Shown piece after piece: positions 39,831 through 50,381 of a DNA stretch of 64,000 bases. How positions within the stretch are numbered: position 1 is the stretch's first letter; each line of letters opens with the position of its first letter. The translations under genes were made by a program, and so were the position numbers. The notes under the pieces are model-generated. The model made no database searches. It saw only the letters and a list, made by a program, of their open reading frames with translations, and had not been told where the DNA came from. The DNA comes from an uncultured Planctomycetota bacterium (GTDB taxonomy: Bacteria; Planctomycetota; Planctomycetia; Pirellulales; Lacipirellulaceae): contig CAVRBU010000004.1 of NCBI GenBank assembly GCA_963719315.1, positions 704,001-768,000 on the forward strand, given 5' to 3'.

Positions 39831-41434
39831 ATGAAACGCTACACATGGTTAGCGATTAGCTTGTTGACGGTCGGAGCCTTTTTTTCATCCGAGATTCTGG
39901 CTCGCGGTGGCCGCGGCGGCGGCGGATTCGGAGGCGGCGGCGGTCGTGGCGGCGGGGGAGGTGGCATTTCTCACGGCGGCGGTGGTGGTGGTATATCCCG
40001 CGGCGGCGGCGGTGGTGGTGGCATTTCCCGCGGCGGCGGTGGCGGCAATCTCGCCGGGCGCACTCCGAGCATGTCGCGGCCTTCGGGCGGGTCTTCGATC
40101 AGCCGTCCCAGTGGCGGTCGGCCCGCGATGGGACATCTGCCCACTCCGAACTCGCGGCCCGGCGGAGGAAACATCAGCCGGCCCAACACGGGGATCGCGA
40201 ATCGGCCGAGCACGGGCAATACCACTCGTCCCAACATTGGCGGCAATCGGCCCGGCAACATCGCCGGCACGCCCGGCCGACCGAGCGCCGGCACTCGGCC
40301 CGGCGGTGGGGCGCCTTCCAGGGGCGATCTTCAACACTTTCTCGACATACCGGGTTCAGGCGGCGGCGCGGCGCGGCCCGGCCAACGTCCTGCAACACGA
40401 CCCGGCGGCGATGTGTTGGTCGGCGGGGCGGCCGGCCAATTCCTACACGATAATCCGTCACGCCTCCCTTCCAGGCCCGGTGCCGGAGATATGGCAAGTA
40501 CTCGACCCGCGACGCGACCCGATCTTGGTGGCCTGCGCCGGGAGGTGGTGAGGGACTTCGACCCGGCGGTGAAAATCGACCAGGGCTTCCTGGCGTAAGT
40601 GATCGGCCTGGACTTCCTGGTACTGGCGATCGACCGGGACGACCCGGTGAAGGAGGTATACGACCGGATCGCCCAAATCGTCCGGGTGATTGGGCCAATA
40701 ATCGGCCTAACCGCATTCCCGATCCCGATCGGGATCGCTGGAATAATTGGCGGAACGATCATCGCAACGACATTTGGGGCCATTGGCACAATCACTGGCA
40801 CGATCATAACAATTGGTACAACAACAACTGGTGGGTAAACCACCATTGGCACTATCCGTACTACAACAATTTCAACGTGTGGGGCTACGCCGCGTGGCCA
40901 GCAATGTCAGGTTGGATTGATTACGGTTGGACGCAGCCTGTGTATTACAACTACGGCGAAAACGTCTACTACGATGCCGGTCAGGTTTACTATGGCGATC
41001 AGCCCGTGGCGACGGCTGCCGACTACGCGCAGCAGGCGGCCGCGATCGCTCTCAATCAACCGGCCGCACAACCGACGGCTGAGGACTGGATGCCGCTCGG
41101 CGTGTTCGCGTTGACGACCGACGGTGAACCCAACGGCGCCGACCCCACGATGTACCTGCAACTCGCCGTGAGCAAGCAAGGCGTGCTTTCCGGCACGTTT
41201 CAGAACACGGCTACCGACACGGCCCAAGAAATCGAAGGCATGGTCGATAAGGAGACGCAGCGCGCGGCCTGGGCGCCAAAGGGGAAGCAGGCCCCGATCA
41301 TGGAAACGGGCATCTCGAACCTGACGCAGGACACGACGCCCGCGTTGGTTCACTTCGCCGATGGTACGACGCAGCAGTGGCTGATGGTTCGGCTCGATAA
41401 GCCGCAGGAAGGCGGCGCAACGCAAACAAAGTGA
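39831..41434 (+). CDS. Secreted Gly/Arg/Pro-rich low-complexity protein with globular C-terminus, apparent frameshift near 40538
   Basis: Signal peptide, RGGRGGGG and GGGGGISR repeats, RP(G/S) repeats; after a one-base correction it reads through WNNWRNDH...WHNHWHDH into ORF 40877..41434 (YYNYGENV, WMPLGVFAL, LQLAVSKQG). Confidence 0.75.
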
Positions 41435-41539
41435 TGAACAGCGATTTGTAATATGTATTCGGCAACATGATTGGGGCGCACGCAATTGGGCGTCCGTGCA
41501 TTGGTTGATCGACACTGTTGAAATGAATGGAAGGTTTTC

Positions 41540-43102
41540 ATGAGACGTTTCACGACGGGGTTAGTCATCGCATGTAGTTTTCTCATTCCAGTTCTTGTGC
41601 ATGCGCAAGCGAAAAAGCCGAACATCCTCGTCATCTGGGGCGACGACATCGGCACGTGGAACATCAGCCACAACAATCGTGGCATGATGGGCTACGAGAC
41701 GCCCAATATCGATCGCATTGCCAGGGAAGGACTCTCTTTTACCGACTACTACGGTCAGCAGTCGTGCACAGCCGGTAGGGCTGCGTTCATTGGCGGCAAC
41801 GTGCCGGTGCGAACCGGCATGACGAAAGTTGGATTGCCGGGAGCGAAAGAAGGCTGGCAGAAGACGGACGTCACGATGGCCACGGTGATGAAGAGTCTGG
41901 GCTACGCAACCGGTCAGTTCGGTAAGAACCACCATGGTGATCGCGACGAACACCTACCCACAATGCACGGTTTCGATGAGTTCCTGGGTAATCTCTACCA
42001 CCTTAATGCCGAAGAGGAACCGGAAAACGAGGATTATCCTGCCGATATGGTTTTGGCCAATGGGAAGACGTTCAAGCAGGTGTTCGGACCGCGCGGCGTC
42101 ATTCACAGTACGGCAGACGGCAAGGGTGGCCAGACGATTGAAGACACTGGCCCACTGACCAAGAAGCGGATGGAGACCATAGACGCGGAAACGATCGCCG
42201 CCGCGAAGGACTTCATCACCCGCCAGGTGAAAGCTGGCAAGCCATTCTTCTGCTGGTGGAATGGCACCCGCATGCACTTCCGCACCCACGTGAAAAAGGA
42301 ACACCGCCACAAGGGCAATGATGAATACACCGACGGCATGATCGAGCACGATATGCAGGTGGGCGAATTGCTGAAGCTACTCGACGATCTGGGCATTGCG
42401 GATAATACGATCGTTCAATACTCCACCGACAACGGCCCGCATTTCAACACTTGGCCGGATGCCGCAACAACGCCGTTCCGCAGCGAGAAGAATTCCAACT
42501 GGGAGGGTGCGTACCGCGTCCCCTGCTTCGTCCGCTGGCCGGGGCATTTCCCCGCTGGTAAAACGCTCAATGGAATCGTCGCTCACGAAGACTGGTTGCC
42601 CACGTTTGCCGCGGTCGCGGGTGGCTCAGATATCAAAGAAAAACTCCACAATGGAGTCGAGCTCAACGGCCGGAAATACCACAACTGCATTGATGGCTAC
42701 AATCAACTCGATTACCTGAGTGGTAAGACCAAGGAATCGCCGCGCCACGAATTCATGTACGTGAATGACGACGGCCAGATCGTCGCGATTCGCTACAACG
42801 CCTGGAAGGCCGTCTTTCTTGAAAACAGAGGCCAGGCGTTCGGCGTGTGGCGCGAACCTTTCACCGAGCTACGCGTACCGCTACTCTTCAATCTCCGCCG
42901 CGATCCGTTCGAAAAGGCGCAACACAATTCGAACACCTACAACGACTGGTTCCTCGACCGCGTGTATGTGCTGGCGCCGATGCAGCAGTTTGCCGGGAAG
43001 TTCCTCATGACGATGAAGGAATTCCCACCGAGCCAAACTCCTGGCTCGTTCAACCTCCAAAAAGTCCAGAAGATGATCGAGTCCAGCATGGGCGGGAAAT
43101 GA
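41540..43102 (+). CDS. Arylsulfatase
   Basis: [13 protein letters not shown], catalytic [24 protein letters not shown]. Confidence 0.95.
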   Translation: MRRFTTGLVIACSFLIPVLVHAQAKKPNILVIWGDDIGTWNISHNNRGMMGYETPNIDRIAREGLSFTDYYGQQSCTAGRAAFIGGNVPVRTGMTKVGLPGAKEGWQKTDVTMATVMKSLGYATGQFGKNHHGDRDEHLPTMHGFDEFLGNLYHLNAEEEPENEDYPADMVLANGKTFKQVFGPRGVIHSTADGKGGQTIEDTGPLTKKRMETIDAETIAAAKDFITRQVKAGKPFFCWWNGTRMHFRTHVKKEHRHKGNDEYTDGMIEHDMQVGELLKLLDDLGIADNTIVQYSTDNGPHFNTWPDAATTPFRSEKNSNWEGAYRVPCFVRWPGHFPAGKTLNGIVAHEDWLPTFAAVAGGSDIKEKLHNGVELNGRKYHNCIDGYNQLDYLSGKTKESPRHEFMYVNDDGQIVAIRYNAWKAVFLENRGQAFGVWREPFTELRVPLLFNLRRDPFEKAQHNSNTYNDWFLDRVYVLAPMQQFAGKFLMTMKEFPPSQTPGSFNLQKVQKMIESSMGGK

Positions 43103-43271
43103 ATATCAGCGTGGCGAGCGGAGAGTTCACGGTAGCCCTGCACCGTCAGTACGCTGTTTTCGTCCCCTCCAAGGCGTAACGGCCTCGGTGACAACTTTTA
43201 GAAATGTGGCCTCGGTGGGTCACTTTTTGAGCCGCCACGCGTTGAAATCCAACCTTGAAGGAGAAACTGTC

Positions 43272-43958
43272 ATGGCCAAAGTTGCCAAGGGTATGATCGA
43301 CCCCGATGACGCCGTCTTGCTGCTCATCGATCACCAGAGCGGGTTATTCCAGCTCGTAAAAGACATGGATATGCTCGCGCTACGCAACAACGTGATCGCG
43401 CTCGCCAAAGCGGCGCGGCTCACCAAAACGCCGACGTTCACGACGGCCTCCGTGCCCGACGGGCCCAACGGCCCGCTGATTCCGGAAATCCACGACGCGA
43501 ATCCCGAAGCGATCTACATCCCGCGCACAGGCCAGATCAACGCCTGGGACAATCCGAAGTGGGTCGAAGCGATCGAGAACACCGGCCGCAGGACGCTGAT
43601 TATCGCGGGCACGCTCACGAGCGTTTGCATGGCGTTCCCGACGCTAAGTGCGCTTGCCGCCGGTTACAAAGTGTTTAACGTCGTCGACGCCTCGGGTAAC
43701 TTTTCCTCAATGGCGACCGATATTACGCTGGCCCGCGTCGTACAGGCCGGCGCGATTCCGACCGATACCTTCGCCACGCTGGCGGAACTTATGAGCACGT
43801 GGAACCGGCCTGACGCGATGGAATTTGCCGGCATCATGAAGGACCACATCGTGCCGCACTACCAGTTGCTGTTCGAAAGCTACGAGAAGGCACAGAAAGC
43901 GCAAAAGGACGGTCGGGAAACCAAGCTCGATCGCCAGGTTGCCCGCACGGCGAAGTAA
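43272..43958 (+). CDS. Isochorismatase family hydrolase (YcaC-like)
   Basis: [43 protein letters not shown] upstream of MAKV. Confidence 0.9.
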   Translation: MAKVAKGMIDPDDAVLLLIDHQSGLFQLVKDMDMLALRNNVIALAKAARLTKTPTFTTASVPDGPNGPLIPEIHDANPEAIYIPRTGQINAWDNPKWVEAIENTGRRTLIIAGTLTSVCMAFPTLSALAAGYKVFNVVDASGNFSSMATDITLARVVQAGAIPTDTFATLAELMSTWNRPDAMEFAGIMKDHIVPHYQLLFESYEKAQKAQKDGRETKLDRQVARTAK

Positions 43959-44003
43959 ACACCATGTATCGAATTGCTCGTACGCACTTTTCTTGAGATT
44001 GTG

Positions 44004-44750
44004 ATGCCCAACAGGATTTGCTGGCTGGCGGTGATCTTCGTGACCGCGACGTTCGCGGTGTGTCGCGGAGAATCTCCTCCGCCCGCGGCGACGTCGCAGC
44101 CGAATGCTGATCGCGTGATCGCGATCGACGTGTTGCTGGAACCCGACGCCACCATGGTGAAGCGCGCGGCGGCGGTGAACGCACAACTGCGCGAGAATTA
44201 TCCAGCGGGGTACACGCTGGGATCCAAGCAGGTCGCGCATATCACGCTACTGCAGCGGTACGTGCGCGAAAAGGACCTGCCGGCGATCGAGGCCGCCGTA
44301 GCGAAAGTGATCGACGCGGAACAGCCACTCGCCCTGAACCTGACGGCGATCGGAATCGAACACGGCATCTGGGCCGGAGTTGCCATCACGACCATCAACG
44401 TCAAACAATCCGCCCAATTAAGCCGGTTTCAATTCATGGTTGCGAAGGCGGTCGAGCCGTTTGCCGTGAGTGGCGGCACGGTGGCCGCATTCAACACGAA
44501 CGAGGAACTACCAAGAATCGATCGCGAGATCGTAAGCTACGTGGAGTTGTTCGTGCGAAATTCATCGGGCCAGAAGTACAAGCCGCACGTGACGGTCGGC
44601 GTGGCCCACGAAGATTTCGTCAAAGAGCTGGAAGCGATGCAGTTCGAGTCGTTTTCGTTCCATCCGGCTGGCGTCGCCATTTACCAGCTCGGCAACTTCG
44701 GCACGGCGCAGAAGATGCTGTGGGAGTGGAAGCAAACGAAGGGGAAGTAA
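44004..44750 (+). CDS. Secreted 2H-phosphoesterase (2'-5' RNA ligase superfamily) protein
   Basis: Two HxT motifs (HITL, PHVTV), AIDVLLEPD, YQLGNFGTA; signal peptide. Confidence 0.75.
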   Translation: MPNRICWLAVIFVTATFAVCRGESPPPAATSQPNADRVIAIDVLLEPDATMVKRAAAVNAQLRENYPAGYTLGSKQVAHITLLQRYVREKDLPAIEAAVAKVIDAEQPLALNLTAIGIEHGIWAGVAITTINVKQSAQLSRFQFMVAKAVEPFAVSGGTVAAFNTNEELPRIDREIVSYVELFVRNSSGQKYKPHVTVGVAHEDFVKELEAMQFESFSFHPAGVAIYQLGNFGTAQKMLWEWKQTKGK

Positions 44751-44805
44751 GCTCTCGGTACCGCTTTTCCGACTTTTCAGGAGACATGCATGTTGAGCCA
44801 CCTGC

Positions 44806-44976
44806 GAGCAAGTGGCGACGGTGACGACGAAGCCTTAGGCGCCGGTCACGTTTTCCGCAAGCGAGACGTTTGATGTTGGCGTCGACCTCGGTTCCGCGGT
44901 CTCGCGCGACTATTTCGACCGGGCGCCGTTCGAATTCACAGGCAATATCGAAAAAGTGACTGTTCAATTGAAATAA
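44806..44976 (+). pseudogene. Orphan 3' fragment of an arylsulfatase
   Basis: Hand translation EQVATVTTKP*APVTFSASETFDVGVDLGSAVSRDYFDRAPFEFTGNIEKVTVQLK*, resembling the sulfatase tail ending at 49349 (VGMDIGSAV...FTGVIEKVTVELK). Confidence 0.75.
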
Positions 44977-46989
44977 TGGGAGGACTTTCAAAATGAGGAA
45001 TCGATTATCAATCGTGGCGTATGCCATTGCCATTGGAGCATTGTTTACTTGTCTATTCGCGTCGGCTTGGGTTTCGCCGGCTTTGGCCCAGCAAATAACC
45101 GGCACGCCAAAGGTGCTGCCGCGGCCCGACTTCAAGTTCCCGGGCAAGGTCGGTAAGACGTACAAGGATTCCGACCCGCCGCAATTTCCTCAGCCCGTAA
45201 AAGCACCGGCGGGTGCACCGAACGTCGTGCTGATCCTGCTCGACGACACGGGGTTCGGTCAGTACTCGACGTTTGGCGGCGGCATACCCTCGCCGACGCT
45301 CGATCGGCTCGCCGCGAATGGACTCCGCTACAATCGGTTTCACACGACGGCGTTGTGCAGCCCCACGCGGGCCGCGCTCATTACCGGTCGCAACCACCAC
45401 TCAGCGGCGACGGGCGTCATCACAGAAGCTGCGACCGGCTACGACGGCTACACCTGCATCCTGCCCCGTAGCTGCGGCACAATCGGCGAAGTCCTGCGCC
45501 AGAACGGCTACATGACCGCCTGGATCGGAAAAAACCACAACACCCCGGCCTGGGAAACCAGCGCCGCCGGACCGTTTGACCGCTGGGCCAATGGCTTGGG
45601 GTTCGATTATTTCTACGGCTTCAACGCGGGCGATATGAACCATTGGGATCCGGTTCTGTTTGAAAACAGAAACCTCGTTCCCAAGAGCAAGAATCCGAAG
45701 TATCACCTGACCGAGGACTTGGCAGATAAGGCGATCGCGTGGGCACAACGGGTCACCAGCATCGCCCCGGACAAGCCATTTTTTCTCTATGTCGCTCCCG
45801 GTGCGAATCACTCACCGCATCATGCGCCACAGGACTGGATCGACAAATTCAAGGGTCAGTTCGACGAAGGTTGGGACGCCTTATAGGGAGGCCACCTTGG
45901 CCCGACAAAAAAAACTTGGGGTCGTTCCACAAGATACGAAGCTGACCGCTCGTAGCGAAGGACTTCCGGACTGGGATTCGCTCAACGACGGGCAGAAGAA
46001 AGTCTATGCCCGCATGATGGAAGTGTTCGCCGCGTACTCGGCGCACTGCGACTACCACATGGGTCGGATCATCGACGCCGTCAAAAAACTGCCCAACGCC
46101 GACAACACGATCTTCATCTACATCGTGGGAGACAACGGCGCCAGCGCCGAAGGCGGGCTGGAAGGTAGCCTCAACGAAAACCTGTTCTTCAACGGCTTCC
46201 CCGAGAAATGGCAAGACAACCTGGCGCACATCGACGAAATTGGCGGGCCGAAATGGTTCAACCATTTCCCGAGCGCCTGGGCGCATGCCATGAACACCCC
46301 GTTTCAGTGGACCAAGCAAGTCGCCAGCCACTTCGGCGGCACTTGCAATCCAATGATTATTTCCTGGCCCGCAAAGATCAAAGATAAGGGAGGCTTACGT
46401 TCGCAGTTTCTTCACGTCATTGACATTGTGCCTACACTTTACGAAGCGATCGGGATCACGCCTCCGGAGATGCTTAATGGTATCGCTCAAAAACCGATCG
46501 AAGGCGTCAGCTTCCTGAACTCTTTCGACGACGCCCAGGCTCCCGAGACGCGCAAAACTCAATACTTCGAACTGCTCGTCAATCGCGGCATGTATCGCAA
46601 CGGCTGGATGGCTTCGAGCCGGAGTTTTGTTCCATGGATTCCGATACGAGGCGAGTTCGACCCGCTCACGGCCAAGTGGGAACTGTACAACATCGACAAA
46701 GACTTTTCCCAGGCGGAGAATCTCGCCGACCGGTATCCGGAGAAGGTCAAGGAACTTGAAGCCCTCTTCTGGAAGGAAGCCGAGAAGTATTCTGTCCTGC
46801 CGCTCGATTGGCGGGCGGTAGAACGCCTGAATGCCGAGCTTCAGGGCCGACCGAGCCTCGCAGGTGACTGCCATGTGGATTTCAAGTCCTTGGGTTAAAT
46901 TTGTGCGGCGACGTACGGCGATCGGTCCACCGGCGAGGTGGTTTTTTTGAGGTTCGTGCAGGTCTCGGTCTTCAATCACGCGAGAGGAT

Positions 46990-47145
46990 TATCTCTGTCG
47001 TCTTGGTGATCACGTATCGCCGTACAGGTAATGCATAAGAGGGACGGCCCCGAACTGCCGTATCAGGCGGTGGTGATCCGACAGAGCGCCATGCACCTGA
47101 AAAGGCAGGAATGCCATAGGGCGTGAAGGCGGTGTCAATCCTCAC
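46990..47145 (-). ncRNA. Candidate bridge/seek RNA in the IS110 3' non-coding end
   Basis: Two hairpin-with-internal-loop modules carrying segments that match the target (TCACGC; CAGGTG) and the donor junction (GGCAGT; weaker TACC). Boundaries are approximate. Confidence 0.55.
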
Positions 47146-47151
47146 ACGAGT

Positions 47152-48729
47152 TCAGGACCGTTCCCTGTTTTCATTTGCTTGTGCGATTCTTATATTCAAG
47201 CAGGCCAAGACAGCCGGCAATACGTCACCGATCGGCTTGGGGCCCTGTCGGCGACGCGTGTGCTGCTGCAGGACGTCCGCGACGATTATCGCTTCATGGC
47301 TGCAAGTGTTATAGGGTAGTTGCCCAACAGCGGCTTCCAGGTCAGCCAACAAGACATCCATGGGTGTCTCATGCTCCTGATGAAAGCGACGCAGTTTGTC
47401 CAGTATAGAGTCGGGCTTTTGAAAGCATGAATGGCGCATCGGCTCGTCCCCGGCGACACAGGCCAGCGCCAAGCGGCTGAATCGCTTGGCGATCTTAACG
47501 CGACTGGCCCGCTTGTCGACGCCCCGGGCTATGTCCACTTCTGCCTGGCCGCGGTAATAATTGCAGTGACAAGCCAGGTTGTCGGCGATTCCCATGAGCA
47601 CGCAGCGCAGCCGACGATTGGCCTGGCGGATTAACTCTCCATTGGCGTTGTCCGTTTGATCGCTTTGATAACGGGACGGGAACAAGCCCGCGCGACCGGT
47701 GATGGCGTTCGCGTTGGCGTACCCTGAAATGGGTCCCATTTCTGCCGCTAACTCGGCGGCCGAAACGACGTTGATACCGGCGATGGCCATCAGGCGAATG
47801 TAAGGAGTCTGCACCACGTCGCCGGCAAGTTGTCGCTCCAAGGCAGCGATTTGCCGTTGAAAATGCTGATAGAGCTCGTACAGATCGGTCCAGATGGCAT
47901 GGTGCATCGGCCCGTCTTGAATGGGATCGTCCGTCGCTTGCGTCGCCCAGGCGAGAACTTTGTCGATGGTGCGCAGCTGGTGGCGAACCTTGTTCTTGCT
48001 CAGATATCGGCTCAAGCCATTCCGTCCAAGTTGGAGCAGTTTGGCAGGTGAGTCGCAGTGGACGGCGATCGGCAGTGCTGTAGGCGATTCAAACAAGCCA
48101 CTGAACAGCCCGGCATATCCAGGCATCGCCAGATGCAAGTGGTCGCGAATCTGGCAGGCCAGCGCGGCCGACTTCTGAACAAGGTCGCGGCGATGGCGTG
48201 CGCGTAGCTGCAGATCTCGATAAGGAGGTTCCAATTCCAGCTCGCGCAGCCCAAAGCCGGCGACCGCAGCACGATGTTGTGCATAGAGGTCGTTTTCATC
48301 GGTCTTGTTGCCCGGATTGGCCGGCATTCGATACTGCTTGGTAGCGAACGGATGGACCACACGCGTTTCGAATCCGGCTCTGGCGAAGGCTCGCTTGGGA
48401 GGAAGATAGTAGTTTCCCGTTCGCTCAACCACGACGATTGTGTCCTGGATACCATGCCGCTGTTGCGCTTGTCGGATCATCTCCACCGCCACATTGAAGA
48501 AGACGCTTTGGTGCTCGACGGTTTGAGGTCCAATCAGCAGGTTGCCAAAGTAGTCTGCCATCATCCACTCCGATCGATGCTTGGCGGGATCGACACAGAC
48601 GATGGCAAAGTGTTCACCACCTACTTTTTGGACACGTGGACTGATCATTCCACTCGGTTTTTGCAGCGACTGCCTGCGTGGCTTGGCTTTGTGCTGCACA
48701 CGGCCGGTTCGTCTGACGTGGTACGACAT
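47152..48729 (-). CDS. IS110 family transposase/recombinase (525 aa)
   Basis: RuvC-like DEDD (VCVDPAK, VVERTG, KTDENDL), IAGINVVSAAELAAE, AGLFPSRYQSD (serine wedge), ANRRLR; GGAG RBS before MSYHVR. Confidence 0.93.
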   Translation of the reverse strand: MSYHVRRTGRVQHKAKPRRQSLQKPSGMISPRVQKVGGEHFAIVCVDPAKHRSEWMMADYFGNLLIGPQTVEHQSVFFNVAVEMIRQAQQRHGIQDTIVVVERTGNYYLPPKRAFARAGFETRVVHPFATKQYRMPANPGNKTDENDLYAQHRAAVAGFGLRELELEPPYRDLQLRARHRRDLVQKSAALACQIRDHLHLAMPGYAGLFSGLFESPTALPIAVHCDSPAKLLQLGRNGLSRYLSKNKVRHQLRTIDKVLAWATQATDDPIQDGPMHHAIWTDLYELYQHFQRQIAALERQLAGDVVQTPYIRLMAIAGINVVSAAELAAEMGPISGYANANAITGRAGLFPSRYQSDQTDNANGELIRQANRRLRCVLMGIADNLACHCNYYRGQAEVDIARGVDKRASRVKIAKRFSRLALACVAGDEPMRHSCFQKPDSILDKLRRFHQEHETPMDVLLADLEAAVGQLPYNTCSHEAIIVADVLQQHTRRRQGPKPIGDVLPAVLACLNIRIAQANENRERS

Positions 48730-49383
48730 GTTGGATTCTCCGTAATCGGGGAAAGTAAAGGTGCGGACCTGAACTTTCCCCACAGCAATCCAAGCTGACG
48801 ATCCTCCAGAAGAAGTATTTTGGGGATCTAAGCGTCATACCAGAGCGTGACATATATGTGTACTACCCAGGTCAGATTGCGTTACCGGATGGGGCCGCAC
48901 CCCAAGTCCTTAACAAATCATTTTCCGTGACTGCCGATCTGGATATTCCGGAGAAGGGCGCCGAAGGCATGGTTTTTACCCACGGCGGCCTTACGGGCGG
49001 CTACGGCATCTATTTGCGCGGGGGCAAAGCGCACGTTGTTTACAACATGCTCGCTATCGAACGTTACACAATCGACTCGGACGAGCTGCCCAAAGGAAAA
49101 GTCAAACTCGCGGTGATCGTCGACTACGAAGGGAAGCCGGGTGAACGTGGCAAGCCGGCAATGGTACATATTACGGCCAACGGTAAGAAGGTCGGCGAAG
49201 GAAAGTTGCCCAAAACCGTGCCGCTGCAATTCTCGCTGGGAGAGGGCGTCAACGTCGGCATGGATATCGGCTCGGCGGTGGACTTCACGTACAAGTTGCC
49301 GTTCGCATTTACCGGAGTAATTGAGAAGGTAACTGTTGAACTGAAGTAATCGGTCTCGTCACTACTCGCACGGAGAACTCGTC

Positions 49384-49560
49384 ATGCATTTCACTTGTAA
49401 ACTATCGGCCATGGTATTGTTTGGTGCTGGACTTCTATGCCTCTCAACGGCAAACGTTCAGGCAGACTCGATCACTCCCTTCGACCCAGCCTACAAGAAT
49501 AAGGGCCAGGTTGAATTCACGGGCCATATCGAAAAAGTGTCGTTTAAACTAACGCCGTGA
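49384..49560 (+). pseudogene. 58-aa ORF: signal peptide joined to a sulfatase-like C-terminal tail
   Basis: MHFTCKLSAMVLFGAGLLCLSTANVQA-DSITPFDPAYKNKGQVEFTGHIEKVSFKLTP*; GGAG RBS; the tail resembles FTGVIEKVTVELK. Confidence 0.6.
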
Positions 49561-49748
49561 CGAGCGACTAGGACTTTTCCTGCCCGACTGTAATTACCGG
49601 CACTTAGACGTTGCGAAACTGATTGCACCATGCTCGATACCATTCTCAGTCGCATCTTCACCAGCCATGTCTGCTGCATGGCGGCTATAATCGCTTTTGT
49701 TTTCCATTCTGCACCGATTCAAATCGGCCGCCAGCAGCGCACGTACCT

Positions 49749-50081
49749 ATGAGCGAAAAGAATTCCGAAGACGACGACCGCAGTTACGCCCATCTGCTGA
49801 CTCTTTTAAGCGTGTCGGCGGCGATGGTCGGCGTTTGCTTGACGGCGGTTGGGCTGGTGAACGTCATCGAGGCAATCAGCAAGCTCGAAGGGTGGGTGGA
49901 CGACCTGCTGGCGATCGGCAGCTTGCTGTTTTCGCTCGTCACGCTGCTGAGTTTTTTGGGCATCCGCACGCGGATTCGCCGAACCTGGCCGCGTTATATG
50001 CTGCTCTTGGATATACTGTTTTGTCTCGGAATCGTCAGTATGGTTGCGGCTTCCTTCCTCCTGACATACATGGTGATTTGA
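49749..50081 (+). CDS. Small three-TM membrane protein
   Basis: LSVSAAMVGVCLTAVGL, DDLLAIGSLLF, three hydrophobic segments; TATAAT at about 49686. Confidence 0.7.
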   Translation: MSEKNSEDDDRSYAHLLTLLSVSAAMVGVCLTAVGLVNVIEAISKLEGWVDDLLAIGSLLFSLVTLLSFLGIRTRIRRTWPRYMLLLDILFCLGIVSMVAASFLLTYMVI

Positions 50082-50266
50082 ATTGCTACGTCGCTGCGCA
50101 TCGAAAGATGACGATGAATTAGCGTGCCAACGTCTCGGCTCCTCTGAGATGATCGGTGCGATTCCCCATACCGCTGCGGTAGCTCTGTCAATTTGGACTA
50201 CCGCAACGCGGAAGTCGAGGTACTTTGCATCGCCCGACACTGCCAAAATTGGAGCTGCTGGGGTGC

Positions 50267-50297
50267 CATGCCTTCGCCGCAGGGCGGCGTAGGCATG
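50267..50297. repeat. REP-like hairpin between convergent genes
   Basis: CATGCCTTCGCCGCAGGGCGGCGTAGGCATG. Confidence 0.45.
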
Positions 50298-50381
50298 CCG
50301 CCTTCGCCAGGCGCGAAAACTTATGCAGCGACGCGCCGCGAAAGCGCGGCACTCATTGTTACTCTCCGAGTCTCGCCCCGG

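Larger units (their letters stand above)
46868..48844 (-). mobile_element. IS110-family insertion sequence (1,977 bp)
   Basis: Bounded by a 2-bp core (GA at 46866-46867 and 48843-48844); no long TIR or TSD; encodes a DEDD transposase; 115-bp upstream and 284-bp downstream non-coding ends. Confidence 0.92.
44993..49349 (+). pseudogene. Arylsulfatase interrupted by an IS110 element (also an apparent frameshift near 45881)
   Basis: PNVVLILLDD, LCSPTRAALITGRNHH, GDNGASAEGG; removing 46868..48844 restores ...GRPSLAG-ERDIYVYYPGQ... in frame. Confidence 0.92.

Noticed and set aside
39905..40045. GGC-rich tandem repeats that could suggest a CRISPR array or VNTR
   Set aside because: They encode the Gly-rich tract of a CDS; there is no repeat-spacer structure and no cas gene.
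46868..48844. Group II intron, or a TIR/TSD-type IS, as the explanation for the sulfatase interruption
   Set aside because: The ORF is a DEDD IS110 enzyme, not a reverse transcriptase or DDE transposase; there are no GUGYG/AY ends, TIRs or long TSD.
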